Origin: Nitrospirota bacterium
GTDB lineage: Bacteria > Nitrospirota > UBA9217
DNA: 64,000 nt
NCBI GenBank assembly: GCA_963754875.1
Contig: CAVWHO010000013.1
Location: 1 to 64,000, forward strand
Reading direction: 5' to 3'
This document shows positions 1 through 9,306 of this stretch, in pieces (the first letter of the stretch is position 1; each line of letters starts with the position of its first letter). The translations under genes and the position numbers were made by a program. The notes under the pieces are model-generated. The model did no database searches and was not told where the DNA came from. It saw only the letters and a program-made list of their open reading frames with translations.

Positions 1-48
1 AACGAATAAGAGAACGATAATAAATAGAAAGGCTCCAAATCTTTTCAT
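1..48 (-). CDS. N-terminus of a probable exported protein (runs off the window)
   Basis: Minus strand GGGGTGGAAA-ATG then MKRFGAFLFIIVLLFV, a signal-peptide-like start. Confidence 0.5.
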   Translation of the reverse strand, partial: MKRFGAFLFIIVLLFV

Positions 49-492
49 TTTCCACCCCACCCAAACCAGTTCATTGAAATTTTAGTTTCGACGACAGGGA
101 ATACCTGACAACCGCCAACAGAAAAGAGGAGTTACGTAATCTAAAAGGCTAATCAAAGGATATTTTCAGTGGCAAGATATTAAATCAATCGTTATCGAGA
201 AAAGAAAAGCGATTCTCTCCCCTTTTATGCACTTTCAATAATTAATCGGTAATGGCAAAAGTGGGGAGTGGCTCCTCACCCTTGCGGCTATTCGTTAACC
301 ATAAATCCAAAGGCAATGGATAGATTAAAGAAGAGAGACTCACAGGCGGGGTTCGCCCTGAGGGGTTCTCCTTCACGACAAGCCTTAAGGACGAGTCCCT
401 GAGGGGACGCTGTGCCACCAATTTACTTTTCTTTATTGTCATTCCGGGCGTAAGTTTGCGGAATCCATTCCCGCTGAAGGCGGAAAGATAGT

Positions 493-919
493 TCAAAGAT
501 ATTTTATACTCATGAGTAACCGAACGGGTAAATGGGGAATTTTTACTCTTTTGCCGTTAGGTTTCGCTTCAATCGCCAGGTGTTGCAGGTAGCGGTGCGC
601 GGTGAGGACCGCCTTCGCTCCCTCACCGGCGGCGATTAAAATCTGCTTTTCCGCCACGTCAGTCACATCACCGGCGGCGAAAAGCCCTGGCATCGTCGTT
701 TCATCGCTACAGCTTACCGGAATTTCGCCTCTTTTATTGAGCGGGACGAGCCCTTTCACAACTTCCGAGCTTGGTTCCAGGTCCAACTTCGACGAAAACG
801 CCATTCACCGGCAGTTCCTTCGTTTCGTCAGTCTTAATATTTTTGATCGTAATCCGGTCCACGAAGTCGCCGCCGCCGATGCTTACTACCTGGTACGGCG
901 TCGATGTCGACACCCGCAT
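493..919 (-). pseudogene. C-terminal fragment of a thioredoxin reductase/AhpF-like flavoprotein, frameshifted
   Basis: VNGVFVEVG continues in another frame as LEPSSEVV...TTMPGLFAAGDVTDVAEKQILIAAGEGAKA (one extra base near 781). The N-terminal part is absent. Confidence 0.8.
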
Positions 920-1138
920 CTTTATAGGTTATTGCCATACCCCGCCTCTTCTTAATTTTCGACGATAGTACATAGAATAGGCATGTCTGTCAACTGGTTT
1001 TCGGGGATAAGCAAAAGGGTAAACTGCTTAATGAAACAAACCTGGCCGGGAGAAAGGGGAAAAATGAGGGGCGAAAGGGAGACTTATGATTGCCAAGAAG
1101 GGTGATCGTCCGGGAAAACTGATATCGAGCGGGTCTGT

Positions 1139-1606
1139 TTATTTGGTTTTGTTCTGAATCTCTTTCACAGTTGCATTGTCCAGCAGTTTCATGAATTTCG
1201 GATTCGCAGTGAGGGCGGGAACATCGCCCGCGTTGACGGCCTTCATGATCTCGGGGTCTTCGAGGGCCTTTTTGAAGTCGGGGTCATTCTGGAGCGATTG
1301 GATCAGGCCCATGATCTCCTTGTCGCTCAACATCTTTCCCTGCAGCGCTCCGGTTTCCCGGACCGACGCGGCGTTTGTGCCAGAAGACTTTGAACGGATC
1401 GCACGGATCTTCGATTCTTCAAGTTTAATGGTGCCGAGACTGTCTGACTTGATGATGTAAACACCATTGTTCAGCGACGACACCTCGCCGGTGATCATGC
1501 TGCCGTCTGTCAGCTCGATCACCCGGATCTCGCCGGCAGCAGCATGCTGAACGAACAGAACGAATAGAAGGAACAACAAAGGAACGCTCAATAATCTCAG
1601 GCGCAT
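1139..1606 (-). CDS. Exported hypothetical protein (small beta domain plus STI1-like DP-rich helical C-terminus)
   Basis: Signal peptide MRLRLLSVPLLFLL...AAA; IELTDGSMITGEV; LQNDPDFKKALEDPEIMKA. Confidence 0.65.
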   Translation of the reverse strand: MRLRLLSVPLLFLLFVLFVQHAAAGEIRVIELTDGSMITGEVSSLNNGVYIIKSDSLGTIKLEESKIRAIRSKSSGTNAASVRETGALQGKMLSDKEIMGLIQSLQNDPDFKKALEDPEIMKAVNAGDVPALTANPKFMKLLDNATVKEIQNKTK

Positions 1607-1708
1607 GATGAACTCCGGAATCGAATACGATCTAACAAGTAAGATTATGCCCATTTGAGTCTTCTGTCAAGATCGAAGGTCAAGATTGAAGGCACAGCTG
1701 TTTTAGTT

Positions 1709-1737
1709 TTGACAAGTCCGCAATTTGTCAGTATAAT
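1709..1737 (+). promoter_or_regulatory. Consensus sigma70 promoter
   Basis: TTGACA-17 bp-TATAAT. Confidence 0.8.
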
Positions 1738-1740
1738 TTT

Positions 1741-1888
1741 ACCCACGCTGACGTGTTCTATCCGCAAGTCCGCACCTTCGTCGATGGAGGCCAGGAGCTT
1801 GTATCTGAGCCGATCTCGCCCGCCCGGCTCCGAGAAAAATCCGGCAGCTCCTCGATGGGCAACCTCCGGAGTAGGGGTGTTTTTTTTC
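1741..1888 (+). ncRNA. Putative structured small RNA, 6S-like candidate
   Basis: Follows a perfect promoter and ends in a U-tract. Nested pairings GTGTTCTATC/GATGGGCAAC, AGGAGCT/AGCTCCT and GAGCCG/CGGCTC give a long interrupted hairpin. Confidence 0.4.
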
Positions 1889-1964
1889 TAAAGGAAGCAG
1901 CATGTATTATTGCAAAAAATGAAATAAACAAAAAAACGACAAATTAAAAAGAGGGGGAGGGGAA

Positions 1965-2282
1965 ATGGGAAAGCTGATCATTTCTGGAGTGCTGGTTCTG
2001 CTGCTCGTGCCGCTTGTTGCGTGGGGAAAGATAGGCGGGGGGGACATTATTTTTCATCCTGAGGGCGCAGGCGACGTCCTGTACAGCCATGATTTTCACG
2101 TGGGGAAGCTCGGTTTGAAGTGCACCGAGTGCCATTCCAAAATTTACATCATGTATGTCCAGGCGAACGCGAAGAGGACGATGGCGGACATGGAAAAAGG
2201 ACTGTCCTGCGGAGTCTGCCACAATGGAAAGCGGGCGTTTGACGTAAAAGGAAAGAACTGCACCAGATGCCATCAGCAATGA
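1965..2282 (+). CDS. Periplasmic triheme c7-type cytochrome
   Basis: Signal peptide; CTECH, CGVCH, CTRCH; SHDFH and TMADMEKGLSC motifs typical of the c7-type triheme domain. Confidence 0.9.
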   Translation: MGKLIISGVLVLLLVPLVAWGKIGGGDIIFHPEGAGDVLYSHDFHVGKLGLKCTECHSKIYIMYVQANAKRTMADMEKGLSCGVCHNGKRAFDVKGKNCTRCHQQ

Positions 2283-2982
2283 TGCGCGCCCGAGAAGCAT
2301 CGGGTCGCTCTCCGTTTGAAGCCGGATGAAAAGTATTTGTCGTCGGAAGCGCGGTCCTGCTCCGCGATGCGGTCAGGGCCTGCGAATGAGCAGAGCGATT
2401 CTGCCCAGCTCTCACAACGGTCGGAACTGCGGAAGCTGATGGGCTGGGACCGTTAACAGGTCGTTCTTCTGCCTTCACGACAGCTGATCATAAGCGGTTC
2501 AGTTCCCTTCGCCTCGCTTTGATGGAGGAGTCCGGCACTATCCTGCTTAGGGCGTCAATACACGGAAGCGCGGGCCAATCGGTGTTCTGCAGCTTCTTTT
2601 TTTTTGCACAATTTCCAATAGGCGCTGCATAGCAATTTATCCCGGAATCCCGCTGTTAATACCGTTTTCCCGTGATATTTCGCCAGAGGAATTTTCATTG
2701 TTCCTCTTAAAGCATTTCTGTATCCTGGTCGATTATTTTGACAACCGCCGGTTGCAGGGAATTTCATTTTACTGTCTCGCCTAAGCAAGCCGTCCTTGAC
2801 ACGCGACAATTTTGAGCTAGACTTCTCTTATCTATCGGTTTTGTTCCGGGCTTCCCCATCCATACTGCCTCATCAGAGAAAACGACGAATTGATGATGGC
2901 GAGATGATTAGGTATAAGAAATTCGAGCAGATGTCCACGGCCGAACCGAAACTGCGGTGCCAAAGGGCAAGGAGGGATTGCA

Positions 2983-4131
2983 ATGTGCGATACCCAGAAG
3001 CAAGGCAAGACATCCTGGAACTCAAGCCGAACCGTTCCGATCGAAGACGCGGTCGGCATGGTCCTCGCTCATGATATCACCGAGGTCCGCAAGGACGAAT
3101 TCAAGGGCAGGGCGTTCAAAAAGGGCCACGTCATACGCGTCGAGGATATCTCTCATTTGCAGCGGCTCGGGAAAGATCACCTCTTCGTCTTGTCGATCGC
3201 TCCTGACGAGATGCACGAGGATGAGGCCGCTGCCGCGCTCGCTGCGGCGCTTATGGGGCAAGGCGTCCGCATCGAAGGCGAACCGAGGGAAGGCAAGATC
3301 AATATCGTTGCAGAACAAGACGGGCTTCTCAAGGTAAATCGCGATGCGCTTCTTGCGATGAACCTGCTCGGTGACGTGATGTGCGCCACGCGTCATGGAA
3401 ATTCAGTAGTCAAAAAGGACCGGGTCGTGGGAGGCACCAGGGCAATCCCGCTCGTAGTAAAGCGGCAGGTGATCGAGGAGGCAGTGAGTATCTGTGAGAA
3501 CGCGCGGCAATCCGGTTCGGCGGTCATAGAGGTCAAGAAACTGCGAAAGCCGAAGGCCGGGATCGTGATTACCGGCAACGAGGTCTATCATGGCCGCATC
3601 AAGGATGCCTTCGCGCCGGTGATCTGCAAAAAGATCGAGGCGGTCAAAGGCGAGATCATCGGCGTCTACTACGCGCCCGACGACACGACGGTCATCGAAC
3701 AGCGTCTTCGGGAGCTGTTAAAGGCCGGCGCCGATCTGCTCATTACCACCGGCGGCATGTCCGTCGATCCTGATGACGTTACACGGTTCGCCATCCGGAA
3801 CATCGGCGCGACCGATATCACCTACGGCGCCCCGGTGCTGCCCGGTGCGATGTTCTTAGTAGGGTATCTCGAGAAGGAAGTTCAAAGTTCCGGGTTCAAA
3901 GTCCGGAGCGAAAGAGATTCAGAACCAGGATCTCCGGACCTGGGACCGATCCCCATCCTTGGCATTCCGGCCTGCGGGATGTACCATGCAATCACGATTC
4001 TGGATATTGTCCTGCCGCGCGTTCTCGCCGGGGAGAAAATAGGCAGGAAGGAGCTTGCGGAGCTCGGCCACGGCGGGCTCTGCCTTCACTGCAAGGAATG
4101 CCACTACCCGGTATGCCCATTCGGGAAATAG
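2983..4131 (+). CDS. Molybdopterin-binding MoeA-like protein
   Basis: AVGMVLAHDITE, ITGNEV, TGGMSVDPDD, GAPVLPGAMF, C-terminal CLHCKECHYPVCPFGK. Confidence 0.85.
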   Translation: MCDTQKQGKTSWNSSRTVPIEDAVGMVLAHDITEVRKDEFKGRAFKKGHVIRVEDISHLQRLGKDHLFVLSIAPDEMHEDEAAAALAAALMGQGVRIEGEPREGKINIVAEQDGLLKVNRDALLAMNLLGDVMCATRHGNSVVKKDRVVGGTRAIPLVVKRQVIEEAVSICENARQSGSAVIEVKKLRKPKAGIVITGNEVYHGRIKDAFAPVICKKIEAVKGEIIGVYYAPDDTTVIEQRLRELLKAGADLLITTGGMSVDPDDVTRFAIRNIGATDITYGAPVLPGAMFLVGYLEKEVQSSGFKVRSERDSEPGSPDLGPIPILGIPACGMYHAITILDIVLPRVLAGEKIGRKELAELGHGGLCLHCKECHYPVCPFGK

Positions 4132-4183
4132 TATGCTCTTCTCGAATCTCAGTAATAGTTCGGTTACGATTACCGTTTCAGTT

Positions 4184-4213
4184 AAAAAAGGCGCTCAGGC
4201 GAGGGCCTTTTTT
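4184..4213. terminator. Intrinsic terminator, possibly bidirectional
   Basis: AAAAAAGGC...GCCTTTTTT hairpin flanked by A and T tracts. Confidence 0.6.
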
Positions 4214-4306
4214 AATTTTTTTTTCTCTGTCGGATCGTACAGCGTTGTGCCGGGTCCGGCGGAGTAGGGAGTAAAGTAAGCCGGCGAAGGGGGCGACCCT
4301 GTATAC

Positions 4307-4420
4307 GGGGAAACGACCTTTTTGACCTCCCCCTATGGGCCAGGCAAACCGGCCATGGACGGTGACCCGGTTTTGCGCCATTAACGCCGGGAGTAGTGAT
4401 CGCAAAACTCATTCAGGAGA
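4307..4420 (+). pseudogene. crcB: Degenerate remnant of a crcB/fluC fluoride channel 3' end
   Basis: Translates to TTFLTSPYGPGKPAMDGD (compare CrcB TTFSTFxYETxxLxxDGE), then in a shifted frame GFAPLTPGVVIAKLI. It lies directly before DUF190, the usual crcB neighbour. Confidence 0.45.
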
Positions 4421-4425
4421 CTGCT

Positions 4426-5151
4426 ATGGTGACCAAAGGGCCTGCAAGAAAACTGATCGTCTACGTTGACGAGACCGACAAGTTCCACGGCAAGCCGGTT
4501 TATGAAGTACTGCTCGACATCTTCTTTAAAAAGAAGATCATGGGTGTGAGTGTGTTCCGAGGGATAGCGGGCTACGGCACTGACGGAATATTTCATACGT
4601 CCAAGATGCTCGAACTGTCAACCAGCATGCCGGTAAAAATCGAGGTCGTGGAATCCGAGGAGATGATCAACAAGGTGCTCCCGGACGTCTACCATGTGGT
4701 CGAAAAGGGCATGGTTGAGATCACTGACACGAACGTCGTCAAGTGCTGTCCGAAGGCTGAGGAGAAGCGACAGGAAAAAGGAGAACATATGAAGCTCGAA
4801 GGCAAGGCCAAGATGCTGCGGATCATCATCAGCGAAGACGACAAGTGGGAAGGCGAACCGCTCTATGAAGCGATCATCAAGAGGCTTATCATGACGGATA
4901 TCGCGGGAGCAACGGCCTACAAGGCCATTGCCGGTTACGGCCCTCACAAACGCTATCACCAGAAGAGAACCTTGACCGTTCACGGCGAGCTTCCGGTCCT
5001 GATCACCATCATGGACAGCGAAGAAAAAATAAATAAAATAATCCCCATACTCGACGAGTTGGTGGGAGAAGGGATTGTCGTCCTCTCGGACGTGAATGTG
5101 ATAAAATATACCCATAGGGACGCAGAGGCTGGAAGAGAGGCCGCGATTTGA
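4426..5151 (+). CDS. Tandem DUF190 (PII-like) domain protein
   Basis: Two units: YVDETDKFHGKPVYE...GVSVFRGIAGYG and IISEDDKWEGEPLYE...GATAYKAIAGYG. RBS CAGGAG. Confidence 0.9.
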   Translation: MVTKGPARKLIVYVDETDKFHGKPVYEVLLDIFFKKKIMGVSVFRGIAGYGTDGIFHTSKMLELSTSMPVKIEVVESEEMINKVLPDVYHVVEKGMVEITDTNVVKCCPKAEEKRQEKGEHMKLEGKAKMLRIIISEDDKWEGEPLYEAIIKRLIMTDIAGATAYKAIAGYGPHKRYHQKRTLTVHGELPVLITIMDSEEKINKIIPILDELVGEGIVVLSDVNVIKYTHRDAEAGREAAI

Positions 5152-5258
5152 TTGTAGTGCGGGGAATATGGCACGAATTGTAATGGGCGAGGGAGTTTGC
5201 CATTAAATCCCGTTAGAGAAAGTACAGCTGTTTTTCGATATGCCGATGGGCAAATCAT

Positions 5259-5342
5259 GCAAGGTAAGTCCCTAACGACGTGAACCGCTTCTTGGGAAGC
5301 CAATGACTCCTACTCTCAGGAACTTGAGGGTAGGATTTTTTA
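5259..5342 (+). promoter_or_regulatory. Degenerate fluoride (crcB-motif) riboswitch with intact terminator
   Basis: 3' half AACCGCTTC-TTGG-GAAGC-CAATGACTCCTAC matches the motif. The 5' GGGGATGGAGTCCC part is eroded to AAGGTAAGTCCC. Terminator TCCTACTCTCA...TGAGGGTAGGA-TTTTTT overlaps the aptamer end. Confidence 0.6.
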
Positions 5343-5591
5343 TGTTCAGGAGTAACTGGCGTGAATCCGTCCTTAAAAAAGGCGTCGCCAATTCCGCACT
5401 GATTAAACTCAATCAGATCGGCACACTCACCGAAACACTAAAACCGTAGAAATGGCGAAAACAGCCGGCGACACCTGCACGTTCTCTCACCGTTCAGCAG
5501 GCGACCAAGGCGATGCAAAGCGAGTTTACTTTGATCAAATTTTTGGAAAAGCAAAAAACAAAAAAATTGAAAATCCAAGGAGGATGATATC

Positions 5592-6437
5592 ATGAACCCC
5601 GGCCAGTCCTGTCCCCTATCAAAACTTGAAAAACTGCTCGTTGCAACAGACCGTTCGATGTTCAGCGAGGGCGCGATAAGCGCGGCGATAGCTTTTGCAA
5701 AACAGTGTTCGAGCAAGCTCTATGTCATGACGGTCGTAGAAACAAATCCGGAATATGAAACCTCCGGCGCGGAGTTCCTGCAGCAGGAAAAGGAGGAGGC
5801 CGCGCAATACCTTGCATCCCTTAAAGCGAGGGCGTTAAAAGAGATACCGTCCTGCGAGACGATATTTCGCCGTGGAGACAGCGCCTCGCGGCTTATCGTT
5901 GAAGAGGCGGCGAAAAAAAAAGTCGATATGATCGCAGTCGGCAGGCGCGGCCGACACGGCTTGGAGAAGGTCCTCCTCGGCAGCGCGGCCGCGAAAGTCA
6001 TCGGGCACGCGCCGTGCAAGGTCCTTGTTGTCCCCCGGGCGGCAGGGATCGGGTTCAAGAATATTCTGGTTGCAACGGACGGATCGGAGCACTCCCGCAC
6101 AGCCGCCACGGAAGCTATTGAAATTGCAAAACGCTGCGATGGCCGCTTGACAGCGATTTCCGTGGCCCACTCTGAAGAAGAGAAGGAAAAAGCGCAAACG
6201 TTTGCCGGCGATGCCGCGTCGGCGGCGCAGCAGGCCGGTATTCACGCTGAGACAATGGCCCTTGTCGGGAAACCCCACGAGATCATAGCCGAGACCGCAA
6301 AAAGCAGGGGCGTCGATCTGATCGTATTGGGTGCGTACGGGAAAACGGGGCTCAAAAAACTCCTGATGGGGAGTACGACGGAAAAGGTGATAGAGCTGGC
6401 AGGCTGCGCCGTTCTGGTCGCAAAGACGGTGCAATAG
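5592..6437 (+). CDS. Universal stress protein, two USP domains
   Basis: KLLVATDRS / NILVATDGS; GRRGRHGLEKVLLGS; GAYGKTGLKKLLMGSTTEKV. Confidence 0.93.
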   Translation: MNPGQSCPLSKLEKLLVATDRSMFSEGAISAAIAFAKQCSSKLYVMTVVETNPEYETSGAEFLQQEKEEAAQYLASLKARALKEIPSCETIFRRGDSASRLIVEEAAKKKVDMIAVGRRGRHGLEKVLLGSAAAKVIGHAPCKVLVVPRAAGIGFKNILVATDGSEHSRTAATEAIEIAKRCDGRLTAISVAHSEEEKEKAQTFAGDAASAAQQAGIHAETMALVGKPHEIIAETAKSRGVDLIVLGAYGKTGLKKLLMGSTTEKVIELAGCAVLVAKTVQ

Positions 6438-6445
6438 GAGCAGGA

Positions 6446-8866
6446 ATGGACGTTACACTGAGAAGTACCTCCTACTACAAAGGCCTCTCCGGGGAAGCGT
6501 TGCTTCAGCGCCTGGAGACATCCGGGGATGGTCTTACGCAGTCCGAAGCGGCAAAGCGGCTCGCGCTGTTCGGATACAACGAAATTGCCGAGGTAAAAAG
6601 GCATCCGTTCCTTGATTTTCTTCTTCGCTACTGGGGGCCCATGCCGTGGCTCCTGGAGCTGGCCATGGGCCTTTCGTTCCTCTTGGGGCATTATCTTGAA
6701 GGGATCATTATCTTTCTCTTGCTCACGATGAATGCCGTCATAGGCCACCGGCACTCACGCAGCTCACAAGAAGCCTTGGAGCTTCTGAAAAAAAAATTGG
6801 CTGTCAGGGCCAAGGTACTGAGGGACGGAACATGGCTGGTAAAAGAGGCACGGGAAATCGTTCCCGGTGACATCCTTGCCGTAAAACTCGGCGATATCGC
6901 GCCCGCCGACGCCGTTATTGTGCACGGCGAGCTCTCCGTGGACCAATCCGCCCTGACAGGGGAATCCCTCCCCGTAAGCGCGCACCAAGCGGATATTATC
7001 TATTCGGGTTCCGTGATTCGACAGGGGGAGGCCAGGTGCGCGACAATCAATACCGGAGAAAATACGTTCTTCGGCAAGACGGCCGAACTGGTCAGGTCGG
7101 CGCGGCCGAAGTCCCATCAGGAAGAAGTGATGATGTCCATCGTCAAATACATGATGTATCTGGGCATAGCTGCGTCGTTCGTGGTCTCGCTCTACGCCCT
7201 CATCATGCACCTCGGAGTGCTGACGATATTGACCTTCGTGGTGATTTTCCTGATGGGCGCTGTCCCTGTTGCGCTTCCCGCGGTCCTCACCATTGTCCAG
7301 GCGGTCGGTGCGATGGAGCTTGCGAAAAAAGGAGCGCTCGTAACGCGGCTGGACTCGATAGAAGACACCGCTTCCATAGACGTCCTGTGCCTCGACAAGA
7401 CAGGCACTATAACGCAGAACAGATTGACGGTCATTGACAGCGTCCCCTTTCCCGGCTACACCAGGGAGGATGTCGTCAGAATCGCCTCGCTGGCGTCCAA
7501 AGAAGAGGGCATGGACATCATAGACCTTGCGGTCATTGAATACGGCAAAAAGATCGGGGGCGATGTACATGCCTATCGGCAGGTCTCCTATACGCCGTTC
7601 AATCCGGCGATCAAGAGGACGGAAGCGCTTGTTGAAGCCGACGGAAAACGGTCCAGGATGGTCAAGGGCGCGGCCCAGGTGGTAATGTCCTTGTGCAGGG
7701 GACTGGATAAGAAAAATACGGAGAAGGCAAACGCAACAATAGAGGAGTTCTCCCGGAAAGGCTACCGGACCCTGGCAGTCGCCGCGTCGGACGGAGACGA
7801 CCTGGAGAACCTCCGGCTTGCCGGCTTGCTGCCGCTTTCCGATCCGCCCCGTCCTGATGCAGCAAGCATGATAGGGGAGGCAAAAAAGCACGGGATAAAG
7901 CCGATGATGCTGACCGGCGACAACCTCGCCATAGCAAAAGAGATAGCAGGCCAGGTGGGCATCGGCAGCAGGATCATCCGCCTGGCTGACCTCGAAGGCA
8001 TGAGCGAGGACGAGCAGGTCAGGACCGTCGGGGAGAGCGACGGGATCGCCGAAATCTATCCCGAGGACAAATACCGGATCGTGAAGCTCCTGCAGTCCCG
8101 GGGGCACATGGTCGGGATGACGGGAGACGGCGTCAATGACGCGCCGGCCTTGAAGCAGGCGGAGATGGGCATCGCCGTGAGCAATGCGACCGACGTGGCA
8201 AAGGCCTCTGCGAGCGTGGTGCTGACCGAGCCGGGCATAGGCGTGATCATCGACGCGGTGAACGTAAGCAGGCAGACCTACCAGCGCATGCTCTCCTGGG
8301 TCATAAACAAGGTCACCAAGGTCATGGAATTCATCGGATTGCTCACGGTGAGCTTTTTATGGCTGCACGAAATCGTGCTTTCCCTGCTGGGCATGTCCCT
8401 GCTCGTGTTTTCCAATGATTTTGTGACCATGTCCCTGGCCACCGACAACGTGAAACATACGAGCAACCCGAACCATTGGAATGTCAGGAACATCACCCTG
8501 GCGTCCCTGGTCCCGGGCATGCTGCTGGTGGTGGAAGGTTTGCTGGTGATCTTCGTCGGCAGGAATTATTTTCACCTCGAATGGGAACGGCTGCGCACCC
8601 TGGTCATGCTCAATCTGATATTTAACAGCCAGTTCCGGGTGTTGATCGTGAGGGAGCGGAGGCATTTCTGGTCGTCCCTGCCGGGGAGGGAGCTTCTTGT
8701 CCTGAGCGCGGCGACGATAATCGCGTTTGCGCTGCTGGGACAGTACGGCGTTTTTGTCCCGTCCCTTGCTTTCGATCAGGTCCTTATCGTGCTTGGTTTT
8801 TCGGCGCTGTTTACGCTCTGCATCGATTTCCCGAAATATTATCTGTTCAGGAAATTCGGATTGTGA
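6446..8866 (+). CDS. Plasma-membrane proton-efflux P-type ATPase (P3A)
   Basis: TGES, PVALP, DKTGT, KGA, DPPR, MLTGD, GDGVNDAPAL; WGPMPW and NDFVTMSLATD are typical of H+-ATPases. Confidence 0.92.
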   Translation: MDVTLRSTSYYKGLSGEALLQRLETSGDGLTQSEAAKRLALFGYNEIAEVKRHPFLDFLLRYWGPMPWLLELAMGLSFLLGHYLEGIIIFLLLTMNAVIGHRHSRSSQEALELLKKKLAVRAKVLRDGTWLVKEAREIVPGDILAVKLGDIAPADAVIVHGELSVDQSALTGESLPVSAHQADIIYSGSVIRQGEARCATINTGENTFFGKTAELVRSARPKSHQEEVMMSIVKYMMYLGIAASFVVSLYALIMHLGVLTILTFVVIFLMGAVPVALPAVLTIVQAVGAMELAKKGALVTRLDSIEDTASIDVLCLDKTGTITQNRLTVIDSVPFPGYTREDVVRIASLASKEEGMDIIDLAVIEYGKKIGGDVHAYRQVSYTPFNPAIKRTEALVEADGKRSRMVKGAAQVVMSLCRGLDKKNTEKANATIEEFSRKGYRTLAVAASDGDDLENLRLAGLLPLSDPPRPDAASMIGEAKKHGIKPMMLTGDNLAIAKEIAGQVGIGSRIIRLADLEGMSEDEQVRTVGESDGIAEIYPEDKYRIVKLLQSRGHMVGMTGDGVNDAPALKQAEMGIAVSNATDVAKASASVVLTEPGIGVIIDAVNVSRQTYQRMLSWVINKVTKVMEFIGLLTVSFLWLHEIVLSLLGMSLLVFSNDFVTMSLATDNVKHTSNPNHWNVRNITLASLVPGMLLVVEGLLVIFVGRNYFHLEWERLRTLVMLNLIFNSQFRVLIVRERRHFWSSLPGRELLVLSAATIIAFALLGQYGVFVPSLAFDQVLIVLGFSALFTLCIDFPKYYLFRKFGL

Positions 8867-8907
8867 GCACGGTCCAAGGCAGGGTCCTTTCCTGCACCGA
8901 CCATGCA

Positions 8908-9306
8908 TCAATCTGATAATTTCCCGTACAGATCAATCATCTCCTGCATCACAGCGGCGAGCCTTCTCGCTTTTTTCTGCGGCCCCTCGTTCAGCGCCGC
9001 AAGAAGCGGCCCGCAAAAATACCACGTGCACTTGAACGGCCTCATCCAGCGAGGCTGTACGCACCCCCGCGGGCCCATACACTCACAAGGACCGTTCAGC
9101 GGCCTTGTCTCATCGCGCTTCGGCAGCGCAATGCCGAGCGCATGCAGATAGCTGACATCACTCGCCCCGTACAATCCATGTTGTTGCCTGCAGCAGACGT
9201 TCGTGCAATCCGGGCACGTCACTGACGTATATTCCTCGATGAGCCGAGAGGATTCGATCAAAAGCTGCCTGAGTGTTGTTGCGATTTCCGGGTGATTGCC
9301 GGTCAT
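8908..9306 (-). CDS. Cys-rich hypothetical protein (YkgJ/CxxCxxCC-like), last gene of the oxidase operon
   Basis: CPDCTNVCC...CECMGPRGC...RPFKCTWYFC; ATGA overlap with the ctaB stop. Confidence 0.65.
   Translation of the reverse strand: MTGNHPEIATTLRQLLIESSRLIEEYTSVTCPDCTNVCCRQQHGLYGASDVSYLHALGIALPKRDETRPLNGPCECMGPRGCVQPRWMRPFKCTWYFCGPLLAALNEGPQKKARRLAAVMQEMIDLYGKLSD

Noticed and set aside
341..414. Glycine riboswitch (two CTCAGG plus GAAGG on the minus strand)
   Set aside because: Too short, and lacks the GGAGA/P3 architecture. Kept only as an unknown structure.
1880..1905. AAGGAAGCAGC resembling the SRP RNA core
   Set aside because: The upstream CAGGTCCGG half and the enclosing helix are missing.
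2327..2450. Possible response-regulator remnant (FVVGSAVLLRDAVR...PALTTVGTAEADG)
   Set aside because: Similarity is too weak and no conserved Asp motifs remain.
2800..2982. Moco/Wco riboswitch upstream of the MoeA-like gene
   Set aside because: No recognisable conserved motif or stems found.
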